NCBI GenBank assembly: GCA_035250975.1
Contig: DATFEP010000040.1
Location: forward strand, 17,828 to 81,827
Reading direction: 5' to 3'
Origin: Nitrososphaeraceae archaeon
GTDB lineage: Archaea > Thermoproteota > Nitrososphaeria > Nitrososphaerales > Nitrososphaeraceae
DNA length: 64,000 bases
Shown here: positions 1-10,405 of the stretch, in pieces
Layout of the letters: each line of letters opens with the position of its first letter
Numbering within the stretch: the first letter of the stretch is position 1
Translations under genes and position numbers: made by a program
The notes under the pieces: generated by a model
Database searches by the model: none
The model's input: the letters and a program-made list of their open reading frames with translations, nothing else
What the model was told of the DNA's origin: nothing

Positions 1-68
1 TTTTTTTCTTTTAATTCCTTAAATTTTTCATCTATTCTGTTTGATACAATTTTCGTCAATAATGCCAT
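1..68 (-). CDS. trpA: Tryptophan synthase alpha chain, N-terminus (runs off window)
   Basis: Minus-strand ATG at 68 reads MALLTKIVSNRIDEKFKELKEK, the typical TrpA start (RI..F..L), directly after trpB. Confidence 0.7.
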   Translation of the reverse strand, partial: MALLTKIVSNRIDEKFKELKEK

Positions 69-74
69 CTCCAA

Positions 75-1262
75 TTATTTCTCAATATATTTTTGAACTA
101 TTTCTACGTCTTTATCTCCTCTTCCCGACAAAGTGATGACAATCTTTTCTGTTGACCGCAACTTTTTCGCTAATTTCATTCCATAGCTGATAGCATGAGC
201 TGATTCGAGTGCAGGAATTATTCCCTCACGTTTTGATAGTGTCATGAAGGCTTGTATGGCTTGTTCGTCTGTACAGGATTTGTAAATTACTCGCCTTATC
301 TCCTTCAAAAAGGAATGTTCTGGACCTACACCTGGATAGTCAAGGCCCGCAGATACACTATGAGTTTCAGAAACCTGCCCTGTGCTGTCCTGTAGTAGAT
401 AGGTCTTCATCCCGTGAAGGATTCCTATAGATCCTGATACTAAAGTTGCAGCATGTTTTCCAGATTTTGTACCACGTCCCCCTGCCTCGATTCCATACAA
501 AGATACTTCCTTATCGTCAATAAATGGATAGAATGAACCTATTGCATTACTGCCGCCACCCACACAAGCAACTATTGCGTTGGGTAATCCACCAAATTTC
601 TCATTACATTGTTGTTTTATTTCTTTTCCAATAATACTCTGGAAATCTCTAACTATCATTGGGTAAGGATGAGGACCAACTACTGAACCAATTACATAAT
701 AGGTAGTTTTGACATTGGTTATCCAATCCCGTAGTGCTTCGTTAATTGCATCTTTTAGTGTTTGTGAACCAGACAGTACAGGATGAACCTTGGATCCTAA
801 TAATTTCATTCTAAAAACATTAAGTTTCTGTCTCTCAGTATCTTTTAAACCCATATAAACTTCACAGTCAAGTCCAAGAACAGCAGATGCTAAAGCCGTA
901 CCGACACCATGTTGTCCCGCCCCTGTTTCTGCGATTATTCTCTTCTTGCCCATTCTTTTTGCTAGAATGCACTGTCCAATGGTATTATTTGTCTTATGAG
1001 CTCCCCCGTGAAGCAAGTCTTCTCTTTTGATGTAAATCTTTGCTCCGCCAACATAATTTGTTAGATTTTTAGCAAAATACAAGGGTGTTGGTCTACCTGC
1101 ATAGTCTTTCAAATATTCGGATAGCTCTCTTTTAAAATCCGGATCCTTGCTATATTTTTGATATGAATATTCTAATTCTTCTATAGCAGGAATTAAGGTT
1201 TCCGGAATATATTTCCCACCAAATTTTCCATATCTGCCATCTTTAGGAAAATTATATTTCAT
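75..1262 (-). CDS. trpB: Tryptophan synthase beta chain
   Basis: [18 protein letters not shown]-lysine motif, [35 protein letters not shown]. Confidence 0.98.
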   Translation of the reverse strand: MKYNFPKDGRYGKFGGKYIPETLIPAIEELEYSYQKYSKDPDFKRELSEYLKDYAGRPTPLYFAKNLTNYVGGAKIYIKREDLLHGGAHKTNNTIGQCILAKRMGKKRIIAETGAGQHGVGTALASAVLGLDCEVYMGLKDTERQKLNVFRMKLLGSKVHPVLSGSQTLKDAINEALRDWITNVKTTYYVIGSVVGPHPYPMIVRDFQSIIGKEIKQQCNEKFGGLPNAIVACVGGGSNAIGSFYPFIDDKEVSLYGIEAGGRGTKSGKHAATLVSGSIGILHGMKTYLLQDSTGQVSETHSVSAGLDYPGVGPEHSFLKEIRRVIYKSCTDEQAIQAFMTLSKREGIIPALESAHAISYGMKLAKKLRSTEKIVITLSGRGDKDVEIVQKYIEK

Positions 1263-1948
1263 CTTGTAATGCTGTTAATCAATTTATAGACAATATGAAT
1301 TGATATATTTGGAATTGTGGATAAATATAGAATCCATAATTAATTTGCTACCAAATAACCACCTATCATCGTTATTAAAATATTGAAGAGGCTGCTACCA
1401 ACATATTAAAATTTATTTTTTTCACCTGATACTAACATTTTAAAAAAAATTTGAGCATAATAGGAATGCATGGTAGGAATTTCTGGAATGCAGTACTGTT
1501 GATACCGGTTAGATGAATATCAACTGCCTCAATCACTAAAAGTTTCTTCACAAAACAGCAATTTACTAGAATTTTCTAACTTTCGAATTTTTTCTAGAGT
1601 TATATAATATACTAAAAATACAACTAAATTTTATCAAATCCAAGTGATAGACCTCCATAACTTTTGAGGTATAAACTTCATTTAATATCCAATTTTAATT
1701 GATTGAAATCATAGAGGTTTACAGATAAACAAAAATTCATTAAATTATCGGCAGGGAACTCCTATTTTTCTAATTATGCAGACAATATTTTAAAATTAAA
1801 ATTAAAACCTTATGACTGGTGTGGCGATATGGAATGAGGCTATATACCAATTTTGTAACAACAAACAATTAACTAAGATAATCTAATATTGGCTAGAGTT
1901 GCGATATTACTCAAAGAATCCGATGATTTCTGATGGGCTCTTGGCTGG

Positions 1949-2794
1949 TTAGTAGCTACTCGTATCATTAACGAGTTCTTTTACTTTGGACGAGATATTT
2001 TCAGCTTTTTCCATTATGCTCGTCCCTATTAAAAACGCATCTGCCCCTGCCTTTTTCAGATATCTTATTTGTTCTGTGTTCTCAATGCCACTTTCGCTTA
2101 CAATCAAGTTCCTTCCTTTGTCATATTTTTTCAACAAATTTTCAGTAGTTTTCAAATCAATTTTCAGATTATCGAGATTGCGATTATTGATTCCAATTAA
2201 ATCATTTCTTCTGACTTTAAAATCAAGGATCTCTTTGAATTCATCGTCTAAATGAACCTCATACAAAATATTCAATCCTTTTCTGTATGAATACTCTGAA
2301 AATTTTTCTATGCTTGCTTCAGCTAAATTTTTATCAAATACTGTCTTTATTAACAATACATAGTCTGCTCCAATTTCTTTAGCACAATCAATTTGGTTTT
2401 CACTCACGATAATATCTTTCATCAACATTGGAACACTAGTATTTTTCCTAATAACGATAAAGTTATTTATTGACCCGTTAAAAAAATACTTTTGTGTTAA
2501 AACAGAGAGTCCTATAGCCCCACCACCTATCATTTGATTAGCTATATTTACTGGATTTACCTTTTGACTATCAACAATATTTCCCTTTGATGGAGAAGAA
2601 AATTTTACTTCAGTTATGATCGGTACTTTTCTTATATTGATCATGGAACGAATGTTGTTTGTAAGACTCATTGCATCATGTGTATGATCAAAATTTGCTA
2701 CCTCATACAATCCTTCATCTATTGATCGGAAAGAATTCTTAACTAATTTTTCTATTAGATTTGACTCACTATCAGGGGAGAAAAAACGACTCAT
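1949..2794 (-). CDS. trpC: Indole-3-glycerol phosphate synthase
   Basis: EVKFSSPSKG, LSVLT, KDII, GINNRNL, VSESGI, LIGTSIM motifs. Confidence 0.95.
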   Translation of the reverse strand: MSRFFSPDSESNLIEKLVKNSFRSIDEGLYEVANFDHTHDAMSLTNNIRSMINIRKVPIITEVKFSSPSKGNIVDSQKVNPVNIANQMIGGGAIGLSVLTQKYFFNGSINNFIVIRKNTSVPMLMKDIIVSENQIDCAKEIGADYVLLIKTVFDKNLAEASIEKFSEYSYRKGLNILYEVHLDDEFKEILDFKVRRNDLIGINNRNLDNLKIDLKTTENLLKKYDKGRNLIVSESGIENTEQIRYLKKAGADAFLIGTSIMEKAENISSKVKELVNDTSSY

Positions 2795-2932
2795 TTGTAC
2801 ATAACTTCCAGCAGATATTAATCGATTATTTTATGTTATATTTATTTATGTCAATTTATTGTTTGACAACTTATTTTTTCTCACGTTTTTAAAAAAAGGT
2901 AAAGATTTAATTAATTTTAAGCACAATTAATA

Positions 2933-4273
2933 TTGATGACTAAGGTGATAACTGAGGAAATTTCCTCGCTTATTTCTGAATTTGGGGACGTCAGAAAATT
3001 AACTGATAACCTTTTCAAGTCCCTCAAGATAGAGGATGCCGTTATCCAATCCGACCCGTTTGGAAGCCCGCCAAATTGGCATATATCTCATGTAACATGG
3101 TTCTTTCATAAGATATTGACAAAATATGGAATTAAGGTATCTTTTGAAAATATAAATTTAGATTATCTAAATTCTTATTATCAAAAATTTGAAACGATTT
3201 TACCAAAAAATGAAAGAGGAAGATTTCCACGACCGACTGTATCAGAGAGTCTTCTCTATAGAAAGCAAATTGAAAAGAATGTCATTTCCTTTTTAGAAGC
3301 ACTAGGCAATGAAAAACACCTCTTGCCAAACATCCTGTATGATATACAATTAGGGAATCAACATGAAATGCAACATCAAGAATTGATGATTTATGATTTT
3401 CAAAACTATTTTGAGAGGTTTCCTGATCCACACGATAACTACAAACCTTTTAAAGTTAACAAGGACCCAGAAAAAACTATTTCAGAAGAACAGCGTAAAG
3501 AGATGATATCTATCCCAGGTGGAATATATCAACTTGGATATTCTGGAGAAGGTTTCTCTTATGATAATGAACTACCAGAGCACAATGTGTTTTTGTATCC
3601 CTTTAAAATAGATACTACACCTGTATCCAACGAAGATTTCATGAGATTTATTGACGATGGTGGATACCAAAAATACAGGTATTGGCTGTCTGATGGATGG
3701 GATCATGTTCAGGAATTTGATTGGCAATGTCCTCTTTACTGGTTTAAAAGGAATGGTGTATGGATGAAAAAAGATTTTTTTGGAGTAAATCCAGTAGATC
3801 CTGATGAGCCTGTAATAAATATCAGTTACTATGAAGCTGATGCTTACGCAAGATGGGCAGGAAAAAGATTGCCTACTGAAACAGAATGGGAAAAGGCATC
3901 TAGTTGGAATGAAGATCTAAATAGAAAAACAATTTATCCTTGGGGGGATGATTCTCCAAAGCCCGAAAACGCCAACCTGTTAGAATCTTTTCTTTGGAAA
4001 ACATCTAAATGTGGTTGTTATGAAAAGGGAAAGAGCTTCTACGGGTGTTATCAAATGATTGGCGATATTTGGGAATGGACAAGCTCTGAATACTCACTTT
4101 ATCCAGGATTTCAACCAAAATTTCCGGAGTACACCGATAAATGGGCTATAAACCAAAAAGTTTTGCGCGGCGGATGTTTTGCAACACCACGACGTCAAAT
4201 TCGAAACAGCTATAGAAACTACTTCAAACCCCACGAACGGATCCTCTTTGCAGGATTTCGTTGTGCAAAATAA
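2933..4273 (+). CDS. egtB: Ergothioneine biosynthesis sulfoxide synthase (DinB + FGE-sulfatase domains)
   Basis: WHISH and HEMQHQE iron ligands, RLPTETEWEKA, GDIWEWT, VLRGG, YRNYF; next to egtD. Confidence 0.92.
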   Translation: MMTKVITEEISSLISEFGDVRKLTDNLFKSLKIEDAVIQSDPFGSPPNWHISHVTWFFHKILTKYGIKVSFENINLDYLNSYYQKFETILPKNERGRFPRPTVSESLLYRKQIEKNVISFLEALGNEKHLLPNILYDIQLGNQHEMQHQELMIYDFQNYFERFPDPHDNYKPFKVNKDPEKTISEEQRKEMISIPGGIYQLGYSGEGFSYDNELPEHNVFLYPFKIDTTPVSNEDFMRFIDDGGYQKYRYWLSDGWDHVQEFDWQCPLYWFKRNGVWMKKDFFGVNPVDPDEPVINISYYEADAYARWAGKRLPTETEWEKASSWNEDLNRKTIYPWGDDSPKPENANLLESFLWKTSKCGCYEKGKSFYGCYQMIGDIWEWTSSEYSLYPGFQPKFPEYTDKWAINQKVLRGGCFATPRRQIRNSYRNYFKPHERILFAGFRCAK

Positions 4274-4275
4274 TC

Positions 4276-5265
4276 TTAATTTGGAACCAAAAGAGATAAA
4301 CTAAACCAGTTGTTATCATCTAAAAAGTTTTTTTCCACCTTCATTTTACTTTTTTTAGCGATATTTTCAATATCTTCTAACCTGTACTTGTAAGAATTTT
4401 CAGTATGGATTGTCTCATTCTTTAAAAAATTAAATGATTTGTTAATTTTTCCTATCTTAACATTTTGTTTGATTTTTGAAACAAGATGCATTTCAATTCT
4501 ACTTTTTTTTTCGTTAAAGTAAGCAAAGTGCTTAAATGATTCTAAATCAAATTCTCCATCTAATTCATTATTTATTCTCCTTAAAATGTTTAAATTGAAT
4601 TGAGCTGTTATTCCATTGTCGTCGTTATAAGCTGCTTCCAAAACCTCTTTTTTCTTTACAATATCAAATCCTATCAAAAAAGAATCATCTGGGGCTAATC
4701 CTTTTCTAATGCATGTTAAAAAATTGATGGCATTTTTTGGCTCAAAGTTTCCCAAACTTGAACCAAAGAATAGTATCAATTTTTTATCTGGAATGTTACC
4801 ATTAGAACGAATATATTCATTAGCTTGTCTTATTCCATCAAAATAATCAGAGGATATTGGATAACTCGTAATTTTTGGAAAATCCTTTAGCAGTTTTTTA
4901 TTACTATTGAACAACATTTCGTAAGATACATCTATTGGAAAATAATGCAATTTGTTCTCTTGTTTTTCCAGAAAATATTTGAGGATTATTTTGGTTTTCT
5001 TAGAGCTACCACTACCTAATTCAATAATGGACACATTTTGATTGTCAAAATAATTAACTAAATCTCCTATATTTTTTAGTATTATTTTGTATTCCGTTCT
5101 AGTTAAATAATATTCAGGTTGAGTACAAATTGATTCAAAAAGTTCTGAGCCTGTCTTATCATAAAAGTATTTTGGGTCAAGTCTCTTTCTTTTTCGGCCT
5201 AATCCATATTTTACATCTCTGGCAAATTCATCAATAGTTGTGTTACTCTTATTTTGATCCGACAA
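4276..5265 (-). CDS. egtD: L-histidine N-alpha trimethyltransferase
   Basis: PKYFYD, PEYYLTRTE, ELGSGSSKKT, AYNDDNGITAQFNLN, RIEMHL, IHTENSYKY. Confidence 0.95.
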   Translation of the reverse strand: MSDQNKSNTTIDEFARDVKYGLGRKRKRLDPKYFYDKTGSELFESICTQPEYYLTRTEYKIILKNIGDLVNYFDNQNVSIIELGSGSSKKTKIILKYFLEKQENKLHYFPIDVSYEMLFNSNKKLLKDFPKITSYPISSDYFDGIRQANEYIRSNGNIPDKKLILFFGSSLGNFEPKNAINFLTCIRKGLAPDDSFLIGFDIVKKKEVLEAAYNDDNGITAQFNLNILRRINNELDGEFDLESFKHFAYFNEKKSRIEMHLVSKIKQNVKIGKINKSFNFLKNETIHTENSYKYRLEDIENIAKKSKMKVEKNFLDDNNWFSLSLLVPN

Positions 5266-5843
5266 ATGCTATATCAATTTGCACTTGATATTTATTAAAT
5301 TCTTTGAAATTAGTGGAAAAGTTGGTATAATTTTCATTTGACGGCATAAGCACAGCATAGTCTTTTTTTAAGAAAATGTGTGCAATTATATGACCCATTA
5401 AATACATTATAGTTAAATCAAAATTAACTCATGAATTTGATCCTATAGTTTTTATATTTTTTAATAATGAAAAAAGGTTCATATTTAAAAACAAATAACG
5501 TATTAATAAAAAATTATCACCAAATTAAAAGTTAATGAAAATATATTTATTCTTGCTGTCTATTGGTATTGCAAATAAAATGAAAATCTTCCGTTATATT
5601 TCATTTTGTATTTAATGATGATCAATGTTTTTGAAGAAGAAAAAAATTATTGTATATAGGTAATTTTAAATTCAAAACAGAGTACAAAAATCATCAGAAT
5701 TTTGGTATCAAAATTAGTCAGGATCAAATTTAGATTAAAAATTCCGGATCTATTGTCAGTTGATTTTGGATGATAACTCTAAATATCCAAGCTAAAATTG
5801 TATTATTGTCAGGCAAAATTGTTAAAAACTCTAATTTTGAGTT

Positions 5844-5950
5844 GGAGGAGTCGCGAAGCCTGGTCAAACGCGCAGGACTCAAGATCAAATCCTGAATAAT
5901 GGGTGATCCCGTCCTTTAGGGGTTCGTGGGTTCAAATCCCACCTCCTCCA
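5844..5950 (+). tRNA. tRNA-Leu(CAA) with 22-nt intron (5884-5905) at canonical 37/38
   Basis: GGAGGAG/CTCCTCC acceptor stem, CAA anticodon at 5880-5882, BHB motif (CTCA pairs with TGGG, AGA and TGA bulges), long variable arm, GTGGG-TTCAAAT-CCCAC T arm. Confidence 0.93.
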
Positions 5951-6190
5951 TTTAATTTTTATAATATTATATATCTATGACCATGTATTGTTAAATGATA
6001 TTAGTAATCCTTTTTTTTTCTTATTTATCATATTTTTTCAAAAAATTTCTAGAGTATATTGGTGTCCACAATAAATTAATTTCAGTATGTAATACTAAAG
6101 TAATAAAGCTAGTAGTACGTTTGTTATATATTAGAGGTTTTTGACTGCCATTTTATGGTTCAGAACTTACATAGAGATCCTCAAGGTATT

Positions 6191-6273
6191 AACAAAAACA
6201 ACAAAGAAGTTAAAAAGATAGATCTACACAAGTGTCTACAGATATAAACAAAAACAACAAAGAAGTTAAAAAG
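6191..6273 (+). repeat. 27-bp direct repeat AACAAAAACAACAAAGAAGTTAAAAAG x2 (6191 and 6247)
   Basis: Read directly from sequence. Confidence 0.85.
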
Positions 6274-6456
6274 GATAGACATAAACGTATACGTCTGACA
6301 GTGCGTATTTCAGACGAAGAATATCAATACTACTCTTTAATGCTGAGCATATTTAATGGTCTGACCGTAAATGGTAAACCGGTTTTCGGCAAGTTTCTTA
6401 GTATGCCTAGTTTCTGCAAAATAACACTGCGGTTTATCTGTAATACCTATAGATAA
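6232..6456 (+). CDS. Possible ribbon-helix-helix (CopG/MobC-like) small DNA-binding protein, may be truncated
   Basis: RIRLTVRISDEEY beta-strand/helix pattern typical of RHH proteins. Confidence 0.4.
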   Translation: MSTDINKNNKEVKKDRHKRIRLTVRISDEEYQYYSLMLSIFNGLTVNGKPVFGKFLSMPSFCKITLRFICNTYR

Positions 6457-6732
6457 CCTGTTTACTGACTGAGGTATTGTTGAGAAGATGAATGATCTGG
6501 ACACCATTGTAAAATTTATAAAATTCCGAGATAAATATATGAAAAATCCAAATAATAATCAAATATTACTCAAAGCAGCTATTATATCTTTACTAATAAT
6601 ATTAAGTATTATACAAAGTTCAACAGCTCAACGCCATGATGGTCATAGACGTTATAGATATGATGATGACGACCGCTATTGACAAAAAGATTTTTAATTA
6701 ACTGTTAGATTAATCAGCAATGAAGACGAAAG

Positions 6733-6942
6733 ATGCCAGATTTTACTTTAGGAGCTGCTGGAGAAAAACAATACATACACGATGAAGAATTTGAGGATGA
6801 TGGAAAAGCAAACGTAAAATTCTACTTGGATGACGTAGATAATATAGAGAGAGTACGCATTACCAATGAAAGACATGATTTTGATACGTGTAAGACATTT
6901 AAGACCTACCGTGAAGTTACTGTTAATTTCTATTTAGACTAA
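6733..6942 (+). CDS. Small acidic hypothetical protein, possibly a fragment continuing 6488-6682
   Basis: ORF track; no recognisable motif. Confidence 0.3.
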   Translation: MPDFTLGAAGEKQYIHDEEFEDDGKANVKFYLDDVDNIERVRITNERHDFDTCKTFKTYREVTVNFYLD

Positions 6943-7144
6943 TATACTAAAAATTTTTTTTCATAGTCTTAGTAGAATGAAAACAACAAAGTAATTTTTA
7001 AATAATAAAATTTAAAACATGCCTTCCTTTGTCAGAATTCAATCTTTGAATTTGGAATTTCTTATATTGATGTTGTGAATATATACAAAGTATGCAATCC
7101 TATATTTCCTCTATTAATGACATACATTTCTCTGGTGTGTAAAT

Positions 7145-8041
7145 GTGATTAGGTCTGATACCATAACAAATTACTTGACTCTCATAAGGCTTCCAAATAT
7201 TTTTACCACTATACCAAATATCCTTGTGGGATATTTTCTATTTACTCATATAAAGGATACAAATTATATTGATCTGTTTTTTTTGATATCTATTTCTATT
7301 TTATTGTATATTGGAGGAATAGTTTTAAATGATTATGTCGACTTAAAAAAAGACAAAAAAGAAAGACCATCACGACCTCTTCCTTCAAACAAAATTCCAA
7401 AGAAAAATGCTCTCTATATTTACATTATATCTATTTCATCTTCGTTAATTTTATCTATATTAACAAGTGTCAATGGCTTTTTGATAACTGTTATAATAAT
7501 TGTTTTAATTTTTATCTATAATTTATACTCAAAAGAAAGATCGTTGGGACCTGTAAATATGGGATTGATAAGAAGCTTGAACGTTCTATTAGGTTCAAGT
7601 ATTTCTTTTTCCTTGTTCGATCTACAATTTATTGGCCTTAAGGTTATTATTATTCTCTTTTTTGAATTCTTATATGTTTTTATAATTACATTTACAAGCA
7701 GAAACGAAGTCAAAAAAGATTCTACAGAGAGCCACTTTCTGTTATCATTTTCTATAATTTATTTAATAATATTTTCAATTTTATTTTTAATTTTTATTGA
7801 CATCTTTAACTTCGATTCAATAATAAATACCATAATATTTACAGTTGCTATAGTTTATTCACACCTATATTTCTACAAGAATAAAGTCTCCATACAAAAA
7901 TTAATATCATTGCTCATAATTTTTATGGTTATATACGATTCAATTTTTATCGCCGATAGCATAGGATATTTATACGGTTCCACCGTACTTCTTTTAATAC
8001 CTCTTATTATATTTCTTGGAAAAAAGATGTATATGACATAG
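7145..8041 (+). CDS. UbiA-family prenyltransferase (EboC-like)
   Basis: LIRLPNIFT, NDYVDLKKDKKERPSRPLPS Asp-rich motif, MGLIRSLNVLLG, many TM helices. Confidence 0.9.
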   Translation: MIRSDTITNYLTLIRLPNIFTTIPNILVGYFLFTHIKDTNYIDLFFLISISILLYIGGIVLNDYVDLKKDKKERPSRPLPSNKIPKKNALYIYIISISSSLILSILTSVNGFLITVIIIVLIFIYNLYSKERSLGPVNMGLIRSLNVLLGSSISFSLFDLQFIGLKVIIILFFEFLYVFIITFTSRNEVKKDSTESHFLLSFSIIYLIIFSILFLIFIDIFNFDSIINTIIFTVAIVYSHLYFYKNKVSIQKLISLLIIFMVIYDSIFIADSIGYLYGSTVLLLIPLIIFLGKKMYMT

Positions 8042-8144
8042 CTTTTTATTTTTAGTATCTTAAAGAGGACACCTTTTATAGAAAAAATCCATTTTTAAAC
8101 CATATTCTTTAAATCTAGTAACACCCAGATACTAATACAAATTC

Positions 8145-9476
8145 ATGAAAAGACATATTATAGTTATTGATATAGTTGGATTAGAAGAAAAACATCTTGC
8201 TTCTAACTATCTTCCTACAATAAACAATCTTGCAAACCTTGGAGAATATTGCAAACTAAAACCGGTATTTCCAGCAGTTACCAGTTCTGTACAGACTAGC
8301 TTCTTAACTGGTGAATATCCAAATAGACATGGAATCGTATCAAACGGTTTTATGGATCGCAATACATATAATGTATCATTTTGGGAACAATATTCTTCGT
8401 TAGTTCAAGCTCCTAGAGTATGGGATCTTATAAAGAGAAGAGATCCTAACTTAAATACTGCAGTACTTTTTTGGCAGAATACTCTATTTGCAAATTCAGA
8501 TGTTATAATAACTCCAAAACCCATCCATCTAGAAAATAAGATGATCATGTGGTGCTATTCAAAACCTGTTGGTTATTATGAAGAGATTGGGGGAAAAATT
8601 GGTAATTTCGACTTATCAAAATATTGGGGGCCATTCGCATCACACTTATCTAGCGAATGGATTTGTAATGCAACTCAATATACCATCGAAAAATATAAAC
8701 CTAATCTGATGTTTACGTATATTCCTCATGTTGATTATTCAGCTCAAAGATTTGGAAAAGATAGTAGTGAAGTTCATAACGATCTAGTAAAGGCTGATAG
8801 GCTTGTTGAAAGGATTATCGAATCTACAAAGACCGTTGGAATCTACGATAATACTGAATTTATAATTTTTTCAGAATATTCTTTTAATAACGTTACTGAT
8901 GCTATCCCTATCAATTTGGTTCTTAGGGATAATTCTATGCTAAATGTTAGAGAGATAAATGGAAAAGAATACGTAGATTTTGAATTCAGTAAAGCATTTG
9001 CTGTAGTTGATCATCAAGTTGCCAATATTTATGTTAAATTTAGTCAAGAATTCAACAACGTGTTAAAAATCCTTCAAAATATTCCTGATATAGAAATAAT
9101 AATAACTAATGAAGAGAAAAAATTTTTTAATATTAACCATGAACGTACAGGAGATATTATAGCAGTCTCAAAACGTAATAAATGGTTTAGTTACTACTGG
9201 TGGTACGATAAGGAACATGCACCAGATTTTGCCAACCGTGTGGATATCCATAGAAAACCAGGTTATGATCCACTTGAATTATTTATTAATCCTCAAACCA
9301 AATCTATTCCATTTGAAACTAATTTAATTAAAGGTTCACATGGACGACCGTTCAATCCACAAACCTTGGAAGGTTGTTCACTTTATGTTTCTAATGTTAA
9401 ATCTGGTATTCAAAAGGACTCTGAAAATGCCATCAACGTAGTAGATGTTGGAAAATATTTGATTGGTTCTATCTAA
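8145..9476 (+). CDS. Alkaline phosphatase / nucleotide pyrophosphatase family protein (EboF-like)
   Basis: VIDIVGL, PAVTSSVQ, HGIVSNG, YIPHVDY, DHQVA, VDIHRKPGYDPLELF, KGSHGR. Confidence 0.88.
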   Translation: MKRHIIVIDIVGLEEKHLASNYLPTINNLANLGEYCKLKPVFPAVTSSVQTSFLTGEYPNRHGIVSNGFMDRNTYNVSFWEQYSSLVQAPRVWDLIKRRDPNLNTAVLFWQNTLFANSDVIITPKPIHLENKMIMWCYSKPVGYYEEIGGKIGNFDLSKYWGPFASHLSSEWICNATQYTIEKYKPNLMFTYIPHVDYSAQRFGKDSSEVHNDLVKADRLVERIIESTKTVGIYDNTEFIIFSEYSFNNVTDAIPINLVLRDNSMLNVREINGKEYVDFEFSKAFAVVDHQVANIYVKFSQEFNNVLKILQNIPDIEIIITNEEKKFFNINHERTGDIIAVSKRNKWFSYYWWYDKEHAPDFANRVDIHRKPGYDPLELFINPQTKSIPFETNLIKGSHGRPFNPQTLEGCSLYVSNVKSGIQKDSENAINVVDVGKYLIGSI

Positions 9477-9488
9477 CCAAATTATAGG

Positions 9489-10343
9489 GTGCTATCCTTG
9501 ATAAATTATTGTATCACACTCAATTCATTTCATAATACTCAATCACTCGAGAAAATTCTGGAAAATCTAGTGAGATGTAATTATGATGGAATAGAAATTG
9601 AGGGAACCCCAAATCAATTTTCTTGGAAACAATATCTGGATAAGATAAAGTGCTATAATTTATCAGTAATCGGGGTAACCGGAGCGTGGACAAAAAGAGA
9701 TGTTGAAAACGGACATACTCCCATTCTTCTAACAAATGATTATAATAAATTATCATATTCAATAACATATATCCAAAATTGTATTAAAATGTGTAACTAT
9801 TTAGGTGGTAACTTATTTAATATCTGTTTGTTATCTGATTATTCAGAATCACAAGATTTCAATCATAGATATATTTCTCCCCGAGAAAAAAAGAAATCTT
9901 TGCAACAAATAACTTCAATTTTATCAGATCTATCAAAATTCTCCCAAGAATATGGCGTATATATCTTATTAGAACCCTTGAATAGATATTCGACACCCTA
10001 TTTTGTTCAAGCAAAAGATGCTATAGATCTTTCTTCAAAGATTAGTCATGACCACCTACTCCTCTTATTAGATACATATCACATGAATATTGAGGAAAAA
10101 AATTTTGCTGAAGTAATCAATGACAGTAAAAAATTTCTAAAACACATTCACTTATCCGATAATAATAGACTAATGCCAGGACGAGGTCATATAGATTTTG
10201 ACTTGATAATAAAATCATTAAAAAATATTAATTACAAAAATAAAATCAGTTTTGAAACTATTCTTCCCCGTAAAAACTATACAGCAGATCTTAAATACGG
10301 TCTTAATTATATAAAAAAAATATCAAAAAAATACGATTTATGA
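9489..10343 (+). CDS. Sugar-phosphate isomerase/epimerase (xylose isomerase-like TIM barrel)
   Basis: LEPLNRY, DTYHMNIEE, HIHLSDNNRLMPGRGHIDF, SFE motifs. Confidence 0.9.
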   Translation: MLSLINYCITLNSFHNTQSLEKILENLVRCNYDGIEIEGTPNQFSWKQYLDKIKCYNLSVIGVTGAWTKRDVENGHTPILLTNDYNKLSYSITYIQNCIKMCNYLGGNLFNICLLSDYSESQDFNHRYISPREKKKSLQQITSILSDLSKFSQEYGVYILLEPLNRYSTPYFVQAKDAIDLSSKISHDHLLLLLDTYHMNIEEKNFAEVINDSKKFLKHIHLSDNNRLMPGRGHIDFDLIIKSLKNINYKNKISFETILPRKNYTADLKYGLNYIKKISKKYDL

Positions 10344-10405
10344 CAAACAATCGTTTTAAACGATTCAATAAAGAATTCTATATCTTACCTCCAAATTTAT
10401 TGATC

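Noticed and set aside
2933-4273. Selenoneine synthase SenA or ovothiol synthase OvoA
   Set aside because: No senB/senC neighbours and no C-terminal methyltransferase; egtD adjacency favours EgtB
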